Position numbers and translations under genes: made by a program. Source: an uncultured Alphaproteobacteria bacterium (GTDB taxonomy: Bacteria; Pseudomonadota; Alphaproteobacteria; Rs-D84). Taken from it: DNA of 16,827 nucleotides. Below are positions 1 to 7,117 of the stretch, piece after piece; position 1 is the stretch's first letter; each line of letters opens with the position of its first letter. Location of the stretch: the NCBI GenBank assembly GCA_944392815.1, contig CALXXY010000011.1:1-16827 (forward strand), in the 5' to 3' direction. The notes beneath the pieces are model-generated. The model worked only from the letters and a program-made list of their open reading frames with translations, searched no databases and was not told the origin of the DNA.

Positions 1-112
1 CTCGTACACGCCGGCCGATGTTTGTGCCATGCAGTGCGCGTCCACCTGTGCGTCCGCCGTCCGGAACTCTGCGGCCTTTCGGTCTGCGATGTTCGGTTCA
101 CTTTCTGACTAA
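1..112 (+). CDS. 3' end of a truncated gene; Cys-rich C-terminus ...SYTPADVCAMQCASTCASAVRNSAAFRSAMFGSLSD*
   Basis: The frame starting at nt 2 is open to TAA at 110-112 and has a regular CAxxCAxxCA motif. Its stop abuts the next gene. It is absent from the ORF track because the start lies outside the window. Confidence 0.7.
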   Translation, partial: SYTPADVCAMQCASTCASAVRNSAAFRSAMFGSLSD

Positions 113-123
113 TGGGGGCGACG

Positions 124-402
124 ATGAAACGAATCATTTTTGTGATATTGGCAATTGCGCCGGTGTGCGCAATTGCCGCCGAACCGTCCACTTCATGCCC
201 GTCGGGCTATACTGCGGTGGTCGAGGAATATATGGATATCGCCAGCAGTTCATGCCCATCGGGCCATACGTCCGCCGGCACAGCGACAAGTTGTATCGCG
301 TCCAACCCCGGCGGGTCATGTATTATGTACGCCCCGGTGGGTGTATCATATACAGACAGCACCGGTACGTATGAATTTGAACAGGCGTGTGCCATGGAAT
401 AA
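124..402 (+). CDS. small secreted cysteine-rich protein (two SCPSG[YH]T repeats)
   Basis: MKRIIFVILAIAPVCAIAA is a classic Sec signal peptide, with a GGGGG SD-like run upstream of ATG124. An alternative ATG at 112 overlaps the upstream stop (TAATG). Five Cys in the mature part. Confidence 0.8.
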   Translation: MKRIIFVILAIAPVCAIAAEPSTSCPSGYTAVVEEYMDIASSSCPSGHTSAGTATSCIASNPGGSCIMYAPVGVSYTDSTGTYEFEQACAME

Positions 403-545
403 ACCACCCCGCCCTAGCCACCCACGCGACACGTCGCGCGGGGTCCGGTGTTGGGGCACCCCTCCGTAGAGGGGAACTTTGCCCCGCGACAGAACGAATA
501 CCAAGTTCCCCTCTACGGAGGGGTGGCGCGAAGCGCCGGGGTGGT
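403..545. repeat. REP/MITE-like inverted pair of GC-rich palindromic units
   Basis: Perfect 23-bp inverted repeat CACCCCTCCGTAGAGGGGAACTT (457-479) / AAGTTCCCCTCTACGGAGGGGTG (503-525). Outer IR ACCACCCCG (403-411) / CGGGGTGGT (537-545). Internal hairpins GGCGC-GAA-GCGCC and CGCGAC-AC-GTCGCG. Confidence 0.75.
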
Positions 546-577
546 CAGAGAGCAAAAAAAACACCCTTACTCCCCAT

Positions 578-607
578 TGTCATCGCGAGCACAGCGTGGC
601 GATCCAG
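578..607 (+). repeat. REP/RPE-like palindromic unit TGTCATCGCGAGCACAGCGTGGCGATCCAG
   Basis: Resembles the GTCAT(T/C)GCGAG...GC(A/G)ATC family of alphaproteobacterial palindromic repeats. Recognised from memory, not searched. Confidence 0.45.
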
Positions 608-650
608 TAAATTAAAAAAGTACTGCGGGCATATCGCCCGCAGACATTAT

Positions 651-680
651 CTACACTCTATACTCTTCACTCTTCACTCT
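651..680. repeat. short tandem heptamer repeat (CTACACT CTATACT CTTCACT CTTCACT CT)
   Basis: Four imperfect 7-nt copies read directly from the sequence. Confidence 0.6.
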
Positions 681-709
681 ATTATTCCCGCGCACACGCG
701 GGAATAATA
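680..709. repeat. perfect 13-bp hairpin TATTATTCCCGCG-CACA-CGCGGGAATAATA (ATTCCC...GGGAAT REP-like)
   Basis: Exact inverted repeat read from the sequence. Confidence 0.6.
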
Positions 710-738
710 AAAAACGGGGCGATGCCCCGTTTTTTATT
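706..738. terminator. bidirectional intrinsic terminator downstream of rplI
   Basis: AAAAAACGGGGC-GAT-GCCCCGTTTTTT, overlapping the rplI stop codon. Confidence 0.85.
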
Positions 739-1324
739 CTTCAACTGGTTTTTCCTCGGATTTTTCTTCTGACTTTTCTGTCTCGGCCACTGGGGCTTCG
801 GCGACAGGTTCTTCTTCGTCAACCTTTTTGGTGCCGAATGTCAGAACTTTGCCCGCAACCAACGCGTCAATTTCGTCCTGAGTTTGTGCGACATAGATTT
901 TAACCGGCACAATCACATCAGGGTGCAACGCGATTTTTGTATCAAACACACCAACTGATTTAATTGGCGCGCCCAACAAAACCTGGGCTGATTCAACGGC
1001 AACATTGGCGACTTCCTTTAACATGCGCGCAACATCGCGTGTGGACACAGACCCATACAATTGGCCCGTATCACCGGCCTGGCGAATCATGTACAGTTTC
1101 GCGTTCTTTACCGCATCAACATTGGATTCAGCAGATTTACGTGCCGCTTCCTGGCGTGCCTGTAATTCGGCCTTTTTGGCCTCGAACAAAGCGACGTTTT
1201 CGCGGGACCAGCGCATGGCTTTGCCCAACGGCAACAAATAATTGCGCGCGAAACCGGTCTTAACCTCTACTGTATCGCCGATATTACCCAGTTTGGTAAT
1301 TTTTTCCGTTAAAATAACTTTCAT
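734..1324 (-). CDS. rplI: 50S ribosomal protein L9
   Basis: MKVIL...LGNIGDTVEVKTGFARNYLLPLGKA and GQLYGSVSTRD motifs; acidic C-terminal tail typical of alphaproteobacterial L9; synteny with rpsR/rpsF. Confidence 0.99.
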   Translation of the reverse strand: MKVILTEKITKLGNIGDTVEVKTGFARNYLLPLGKAMRWSRENVALFEAKKAELQARQEAARKSAESNVDAVKNAKLYMIRQAGDTGQLYGSVSTRDVARMLKEVANVAVESAQVLLGAPIKSVGVFDTKIALHPDVIVPVKIYVAQTQDEIDALVAGKVLTFGTKKVDEEEPVAEAPVAETEKSEEKSEEKPVEE

Positions 1325-1384
1325 TTTATCTGTCCTTTATTTCAAGTTAGGGTTAACCACCCAAATATTCCCAGTAATTCAATA

Positions 1385-1612
1385 TTACCCCAGGTTATTG
1401 CGAACAAATGGCAACAACCCCAAATGACGTGCGCGTTTAATGGCGGTTGCCAATTGACGCTGATCTTTCTGGGATACACCGCTGATACGCGACGGAACGA
1501 TTTTGCCACGTTCAGTGATATAATGTGACAAAGTTTTAATATCTTTGTAATCAATAACCTTGCCCTTTAATGGGTTAGATTTTTTACGATAAATTGCTGC
1601 ACGAACTGCCAT
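1385..1612 (-). CDS. rpsR: 30S ribosomal protein S18 (Cys-free form)
   Basis: [22 protein letters not shown]...[19 protein letters not shown] motif; 1-nt overlap with the rpsF stop. Confidence 0.99.
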   Translation of the reverse strand: MAVRAAIYRKKSNPLKGKVIDYKDIKTLSHYITERGKIVPSRISGVSQKDQRQLATAIKRARHLGLLPFVRNNLG

Positions 1613-1950
1613 TATTCTACCTCCTCGGTATTCTTTTTCATCATGATTGACGGCGTGGTTGACAATGCAGAAACACGAACATTCAGGAAACGAATGACGT
1701 CTTCGTCAATACGTGCGCGACGTTCGAATTCAGCCAATTTGTCACCCGGCAATTCAACATTCAGCATGACATAATGTGCCTTGCGATTTTTACGAATGAT
1801 ATACGCCAAATTTTTCAAACCCCAGAATTCTGTGGATTTAACATCACCACCCAATTCTTTGATGATATCTGCGTATTTTGCCGCTTTTTCTTTGACCTGC
1901 GGTTCGGTCAAATCCTGGCGGAAAACCAGGACGCTTTCATAGTAAGCCAT
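1612..1950 (-). CDS. rpsF: 30S ribosomal protein S6
   Basis: MAYYESV..FRQDL and [18 protein letters not shown] motifs; AAGGAA SD upstream. Confidence 0.99.
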   Translation of the reverse strand: MAYYESVLVFRQDLTEPQVKEKAAKYADIIKELGGDVKSTEFWGLKNLAYIIRKNRKAHYVMLNVELPGDKLAEFERRARIDEDVIRFLNVRVSALSTTPSIMMKKNTEEVE

Positions 1951-1958
1951 ATTATATT

Positions 1959-2003
1959 TTCCTTTGGTTTATACAGCCGACGACACCACGTCATCAGCAG
2001 GAA
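1959..2003 (-). promoter_or_regulatory. putative S6:S18 autoregulatory leader of the rpsF operon
   Basis: The minus strand reads UUCCU-GCUGAUGAC-GUGGU-GUCGUCGGC-UGUAUAAA-CCA-AAGGAA. UUCCU can pair with the SD AGGAA, a 9-bp inner hairpin forms, and a CCR motif lies just before the SD, matching the known S6:S18 leader architecture. Confidence 0.6.
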
Positions 2004-2011
2004 TCCCACAC

Positions 2012-2039
2012 ATTATGCAGAAAATTCCAATAAAATCAA
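2012..2039 (-). promoter_or_regulatory. sigma70-like promoter for rpsF-rpsR-rplI
   Basis: TTGATT-16 nt-CATAAT on the minus strand just upstream of the leader. Confidence 0.5.
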
Positions 2040-2075
2040 GTAAAAATATAAATGTACTTTTTATTACAATCCCTA

Positions 2076-2105
2076 TTGACTTAAATCTGGAATTTTTACT
2101 AATAT
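2076..2105 (+). promoter_or_regulatory. sigma70-like promoter for the MotA/MotB-like pair
   Basis: TTGACT-18 nt-TAATAT in an AT-rich divergent intergenic region. Confidence 0.4.
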
Positions 2106-2137
2106 CATTATAAAGATATATAAAAGAAGAGAGATTT

Positions 2138-2887
2138 ATGACACATCAATTTCACCGTGCATTAAATCGTATGGCGTTTTTCACCGCTTTGTTGGTTGCG
2201 GGATTGATTTTGTTTTATGACGCATTTCTGCGTGTGGCATCGGCAAATATTTTTCTGAATGGCATTATTATCGGCACAACGATATTCGGCATTGGGTTAT
2301 GCTTTGTGGAAATGTTCAAATTATTGCCGGAATATAAATGGGCACGCGCATATTTTGCGGGCAAAAAAAATGCCCCCCTGCCCCCGCGTCTGTTGCGTCC
2401 AATTGCGTTGATATTGCGCGCACGCCCGGTACGCATATCGGCCACCACATTGAACGGCATGCTGGACATGATTTTAACCCGATTCGAAGATTCCCGTGAA
2501 TCCACCCGCTATATAACAAACACATTGGTATTTTTGGGATTACTGGGCACATTTTGGGGATTGATTTTAACGGTCGGCGGATTTGCGGATTTAATTGGCA
2601 ATTTGAATTTTGCCGATGAATCAGTTCTGCAAAACATGCAGGCCGGCCTGACACGCCCGCTGTCTGGCATGGCAACGGCATTCACCAGTTCGCTTATGGG
2701 TCTGGCGGGCAGTTTGGCCGTCGGATTCCTGGGGCTGCAGGTTCAATTGGCACAAAACGCCATTTTTCGCGAGGTCGAAGATTACCTGTCCGCCCACACC
2801 AGCGTCGCAACAACAGACACAGTTTCAACTGTATTGCCCCAGATAAATGAAAATCTGACCGCAATCAGACAAACATTTACCGAATAA
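2138..2887 (+). CDS. MotA/TolQ/ExbB proton-channel family membrane protein
   Basis: Two N-terminal hydrophobic segments plus the family motifs LVFLGLLGTFWGL and GMATAFTSSLMGLAGS. Confidence 0.85.
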   Translation: MTHQFHRALNRMAFFTALLVAGLILFYDAFLRVASANIFLNGIIIGTTIFGIGLCFVEMFKLLPEYKWARAYFAGKKNAPLPPRLLRPIALILRARPVRISATTLNGMLDMILTRFEDSRESTRYITNTLVFLGLLGTFWGLILTVGGFADLIGNLNFADESVLQNMQAGLTRPLSGMATAFTSSLMGLAGSLAVGFLGLQVQLAQNAIFREVEDYLSAHTSVATTDTVSTVLPQINENLTAIRQTFTE

Positions 2888-2911
2888 ACCAAACGAAAGA
2901 GAGAGAAAACC

Positions 2912-4024
2912 ATGTTAAACATCAGATTTCGGGAAAAAACAAATACCTGGCCGGCGTTCGTGGATTTATTTTCGAACCTGGTGATTATACTTATCTTTTT
3001 ACTGATAGTATTTGTGTTTTTATGGACAACCACCAGCGTATTTAACCGCGACAGCGGCGCAAAAACTGTGGCCGATTTGAAAAAAACAAACGCCGAACAG
3101 GCCGAACGCATTGTTCAAATGACCGCAGACGAAGAAGAAGCCAAACGCCTGTTGGTGCTGGCGCGCGCCGAATTGGAAAATCTGTCCGCAAACAATGACG
3201 CGCTGTCAAACGAATTGACTCAGGTCGACGCCAGCATGGACGAATTAATCGCCGATTACGAGGCACGCGTTGCCGAACTGCAGGCCCAGGGCACTGATTT
3301 ACAGGCCCAGGTTGCGACCCTGACCACACAACTGAACCAGGCAACACTGGATAAACAGCGCACAGCCGAACTGGAACAGGAACGTCGTGCATTACAGGAA
3401 CAAATGGCCGCCCAACGCGCGGATTTGGCCGAACAATTGAATAAATTACAGGCCGCCCTGGACGCCGCCGAAGAAGCGTCCCATCAAAAGGATATTCAAT
3501 ACGTTGAAATGTCCACCCGCCTGAACAAGGCTTTGGCTGACAAAGTTGCTGAATTAAACGATGTTGCGCAATATCAATCTGTGTTTTACAAAGCGATAAA
3601 AGACGCACTGGGCGACGACAGTTTTATCGAAACTCAGGGCGACAGATTCATTATTTCCAGCGACATTTTATTCGGCAGTGGTTCATATACCATTTCGCCC
3701 GAGGGTAAAAATCAACTGCGTCTGATTGCGAATGTCATTAAAAATCTGGAAAACAAAATCCCAACCAATATCGATTGGATTATTCGCGTCGATGGCCACA
3801 CAGATCGCAAACAGGTCATTGCCGGCACACGTGGGTATTCCAACAATATGGAACTGTCATTATTGCGTGCAAACGCGGTTGTAAATGAATTGGTGGCCGA
3901 TGGCGTATCGCGTCGTCGCCTGGTCCCCAGTGGCTTTGGCGATTTGCACCCGGTCGTACTGGGCACAGACGCACAAAGTTTGCAACAAAACCGCCGCATA
4001 GAATTACAATTAACCAACAGATAA
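2912..4024 (+). CDS. MotB/OmpA-family peptidoglycan-binding protein with long coiled-coil stalk
   Basis: WPAFVDL transmembrane segment carrying the MotB-type Asp; heptad-rich middle region; C-terminal OmpA domain (SDILFGSGS, IRVDGHTD, NMELSLLRA, NRRIEL). Confidence 0.9.
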   Translation: MLNIRFREKTNTWPAFVDLFSNLVIILIFLLIVFVFLWTTTSVFNRDSGAKTVADLKKTNAEQAERIVQMTADEEEAKRLLVLARAELENLSANNDALSNELTQVDASMDELIADYEARVAELQAQGTDLQAQVATLTTQLNQATLDKQRTAELEQERRALQEQMAAQRADLAEQLNKLQAALDAAEEASHQKDIQYVEMSTRLNKALADKVAELNDVAQYQSVFYKAIKDALGDDSFIETQGDRFIISSDILFGSGSYTISPEGKNQLRLIANVIKNLENKIPTNIDWIIRVDGHTDRKQVIAGTRGYSNNMELSLLRANAVVNELVADGVSRRRLVPSGFGDLHPVVLGTDAQSLQQNRRIELQLTNR

Positions 4025-4031
4025 AAACCAA

Positions 4032-4055
4032 AAATCCCCACACATGTGGGGATTT
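4032..4055 (+). terminator. hairpin/terminator after the OmpA-domain gene
   Basis: AAATCCCCACA-CA-TGTGGGGATTT. Confidence 0.6.
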
Positions 4056-4064
4056 CATATATAA

Positions 4065-4093
4065 TAAAAAATCCGCCGTTGGCGGATTTTTTA
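4065..4093. terminator. bidirectional terminator between convergent genes
   Basis: AAAAAATCCGCC-GTT-GGCGGATTTTTT. Confidence 0.85.
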
Positions 4094-4098
4094 CACGA

Positions 4099-4476
4099 TT
4101 ATAATTTTTCGACATAATCGACGTCGATTTCTGTTTTGAACAGGCCGGCGTCAACCTCGCCATACAGTTTAACTTTATCAGATGGGGTCACTGTCTGGCC
4201 GCGCCAATCGTCATCATCAATTTCGACGGTCACCGAATCAGTTGCATCTTCGAACAAATATTTTTCACCGCCCATACGCTGTACAATATGTCCCTGGACA
4301 ATCACAGGCACATCATCGCGCATTTCTTTGACCTGTTTAACGGTGGAAATAACCTCTTCCCCGCCGACGAAACCACCACGAGGCATCTGTCCCTGTGGCA
4401 TATCTGATTTAAAACCAGCCAATGCCGCGCCCGATGTCATGGCAACCACAGCCGCCATAGTGAAAATTTTTTTCAT
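4099..4476 (-). CDS. YgiW/YdeI (bacterial OB-fold, BOF) periplasmic protein
   Basis: Signal peptide, GGFxG motif, DD..V...G.I......EKYLF.D....V.VEIDDDDW.G..VTP.DKV...GEVD pattern; AGGGG SD. Confidence 0.9.
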   Translation of the reverse strand: MKKIFTMAAVVAMTSGAALAGFKSDMPQGQMPRGGFVGGEEVISTVKQVKEMRDDVPVIVQGHIVQRMGGEKYLFEDATDSVTVEIDDDDWRGQTVTPSDKVKLYGEVDAGLFKTEIDVDYVEKL

Positions 4477-4551
4477 TTATCACCCCTTTTGTTCATTTAC
4501 GTATAATAAATATCTCATTTATTTTTCAAAATGTCCAGGGGAATTTATTAC

Positions 4552-4580
4552 AAAAAATCCCGCATAACGCGGGATTTTTT
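4552..4580 (-). terminator. intrinsic terminator of the Cys-rich protein operon
   Basis: AAAAAATCCCGC-ATAAC-GCGGGATTTTTT directly after the stop at 4582. Confidence 0.85.
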
Positions 4581-4581
4581 A

Positions 4582-7086
4582 TTACATTACAATATCTTCA
4601 CAAACCTCTTCGGACGTTTCAGTTGTACAACTTGTATTTCTGTTGTTGTGGAACCAACTGCTGCTGCCCGTTGTTTTGCAATTCTGGGTGACAGTTTGTG
4701 TACAGATATGACATGTTCTGGTATCGCGGCTGAATATAGCACGCACAGTTTTGGTCATACCGCCACCATTCAAACTGGACCCGCCCAGATAGCCGCTGTT
4801 TGTAAACGTCACGCCATCTGCCTGCAGTACCCCAGCGCCGCCCTTGGCCAAATCTTCGGTCGTCAAACCAGAACCAACGTCATAACTGATTGAATATGGC
4901 GGGGTCAACGGTGTTGACGCTTCTACATTGCCGCCGCCCGAACCGCCGTTCTCAGCGATTTTCTGACACATATACTGTGCCAAATCGGCGGACGCATCAC
5001 GTGTGGCCTCGGCAATGGCTGTATTTAATTTATTGTTATAATTATCCTGTGCCTGGCGCAGTGCCGATGCCGCAATCTGCATTTTTACCTGATTCAACAG
5101 GTTCGGGAAACGCCCACTGGTCATGTCGCCTTCGTTCCCGGTGATTTGCGACAAATCACGCCCATTAATGCAGTACTGAATTTCCGGATCACTTTCGATT
5201 AAATCGATGGTGCGGTTAATAGTCCCGGCGATATTGTTCAATTCTTCTTCTATCGCGGAAATAATACCCTCGGAATTTTCAACATTGGCATTACGTTCAC
5301 GTATTTTGGTTATATAATCGCCAACGCCAATATCACCCGGCCCCAGTTTAACTGTGCCGCCTTCGCCATCACCGACAGTTTCGCCGTCCATATCGCCCAT
5401 GACGATACTGCCGAACGAAATCATACCAGTCACACGATATGTTGTGCCGTCTTTTTGGCTGCGCAAAGAACCGGTCCCAATCGTATCATCAGACGCGAAA
5501 CGATTACAATCAGTTGTACTGCCGCAAATTTCAGCCATTTTTTGGTCGACCAAATTCTGGCATTGATCCATCATAGAATTGTCGATATTCAAATACAATC
5601 CCATCAGCATATCGTCCAAATCGTCCATAGAAAATCCTGGATTATTCGCCTTGCACACGACCAGCGAATCAATCGGACAGATATCGTGGATGTAATCGTA
5701 ATCCATACCGATACAGTTTTCGAAATTCGGCCCACAGCGTGTATCCGCGGTAAAGCAATCTTTGACCTCTTGGGTACAGGCATCGACACGCATTGCCGCC
5801 AATTTATCTTCTACATATCCCCAAATCAGTGGTTCCATACGTTCGCACGGGTCAATTTCAACCTTGCAGAAACTGCGCGCCATTTCCGGCCGTGACAAAC
5901 ATGCGTCCATTGTTGCGACGCCTTTGCCCGCGATATCGTCGCGACACGCGGTTTGAATGCACTCGGAAATGCTGGTCAAACATGACTGACGGAATTTAGA
6001 TTCCGCCTGGCTTTCCGCGACCTTTATCGTCGGTGCAGATTCACGCAGGAAATTCGGCCACACCTGGTCACGCACGGCCACGCATTGATCCAAAACATTT
6101 TCGCAAATTGGTCGTTTGGCACTTAACATTTCCATGGTCGACGCAGTTATATCATACGTATCAACCGTATCCACAGTTGTGCCGGCCGTGCTGACCGCGG
6201 CATTATTTTGCATATTTTCCATGGCAATGGTTGCAACGCAGTTTTCCCAGTTTTCGCCACACGCATCCGCTGTCTGCATGCACTTTTTAAATTCAACCAT
6301 ACATTGCCCCAGGTCGTATTTATTCGCGCTTTCGAAACTTTCCTGCAACGCATTACGCACCGCAGATTCCGCCGACGCCAATTCATTTTCGGCCTTGGCA
6401 CGTTGCTGGGCCAACGAATTTTTATACCCCAAACAATCAGACGTTATTTGCCGCGAATACAATTGTTGCAAAAACGCAATATCCCCAGAACATGATTCAG
6501 GCACCTGGTTCACGCACAACTGATTGGCGGCATCATATAATTCCCGCCCCACCATATCGGCAATATTGGCACCCGTCGACGTTCCCCACAAATCATCATC
6601 TGAATCATCAATCGACGTATTCCACAGTGACAACAAATCGGCACGCTTTTTTTCTTTTTCTTCGGCCTCGCTTATCTCGCCCTCGTCCAGGATATTGCCA
6701 TCTTCGTCATAACGACGTTCCCCGGTAAAAATAATATCGGCATCAGCACCCGCCTTGACACGTTCGACTTCTTCGGTGTTCAGGCGATTGGCCTCGTCCA
6801 AAATGTCCTGGATAGCGGCTAATTCGTCGTTATATCCAACTATATCATCGCTGCAATTGCATGCGCCACCACTGGCGTTATCAGTTATACAAAACTGATC
6901 CATACAGCCAAAATACGCGTCATAGCACGCCTGGTCATACAGACCGGTCGCCTCTATCTTGGTTCGAACGGTTGTGCCCTGTTGTATGGCAGATTGTGTC
7001 CCCGACCGGGCCACAGCCAACGCCGCGCCCCCCGCGCACAACGCAACCACAGAAATCACAGCACACGATACAGTTTTTATTTTCAT
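4582..7086 (-). CDS. large secreted cysteine-rich helical protein, paralog A (834 aa), function unknown
   Basis: Long ORF with signal peptide, AGAGAGAG SD, 36 Cys in the mature chain, CxDAYxxCMDQFC motif, ends CEDIVM. Confidence 0.9.
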   Translation of the reverse strand: MKIKTVSCAVISVVALCAGGAALAVARSGTQSAIQQGTTVRTKIEATGLYDQACYDAYFGCMDQFCITDNASGGACNCSDDIVGYNDELAAIQDILDEANRLNTEEVERVKAGADADIIFTGERRYDEDGNILDEGEISEAEEKEKKRADLLSLWNTSIDDSDDDLWGTSTGANIADMVGRELYDAANQLCVNQVPESCSGDIAFLQQLYSRQITSDCLGYKNSLAQQRAKAENELASAESAVRNALQESFESANKYDLGQCMVEFKKCMQTADACGENWENCVATIAMENMQNNAAVSTAGTTVDTVDTYDITASTMEMLSAKRPICENVLDQCVAVRDQVWPNFLRESAPTIKVAESQAESKFRQSCLTSISECIQTACRDDIAGKGVATMDACLSRPEMARSFCKVEIDPCERMEPLIWGYVEDKLAAMRVDACTQEVKDCFTADTRCGPNFENCIGMDYDYIHDICPIDSLVVCKANNPGFSMDDLDDMLMGLYLNIDNSMMDQCQNLVDQKMAEICGSTTDCNRFASDDTIGTGSLRSQKDGTTYRVTGMISFGSIVMGDMDGETVGDGEGGTVKLGPGDIGVGDYITKIRERNANVENSEGIISAIEEELNNIAGTINRTIDLIESDPEIQYCINGRDLSQITGNEGDMTSGRFPNLLNQVKMQIAASALRQAQDNYNNKLNTAIAEATRDASADLAQYMCQKIAENGGSGGGNVEASTPLTPPYSISYDVGSGLTTEDLAKGGAGVLQADGVTFTNSGYLGGSSLNGGGMTKTVRAIFSRDTRTCHICTQTVTQNCKTTGSSSWFHNNRNTSCTTETSEEVCEDIVM

Positions 7087-7117
7087 GACTTCTCTCTCTG
7101 ACCTGTATGACTATGCG

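Noticed and set aside
18-707. Alternative ORFs 18..374, 155..469, 346..564, 387..707 and small antisense ORFs
   Set aside because: They overlap the better-supported signal-peptide gene or run through GC-rich palindromic repeats, and show no protein-like features.
403-738. CRISPR array
   Set aside because: The repeats are inverted and heterogeneous, not direct repeats with regular spacers, and there are no cas genes.
1385-1612. Cys-free S18 as a zinc-starvation paralog
   Set aside because: It lies in the main rpsF-rpsR-rplI operon, and zinc-free S18 is ordinary in Proteobacteria.
2138-4024. Zorya (ZorAB) defence system or flagellar motAB
   Set aside because: The A subunit lacks the long ZorA tail, no zorC/D/E or flagellar genes are adjacent, and the pair sits in a core-gene context. 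No gene symbol assigned.
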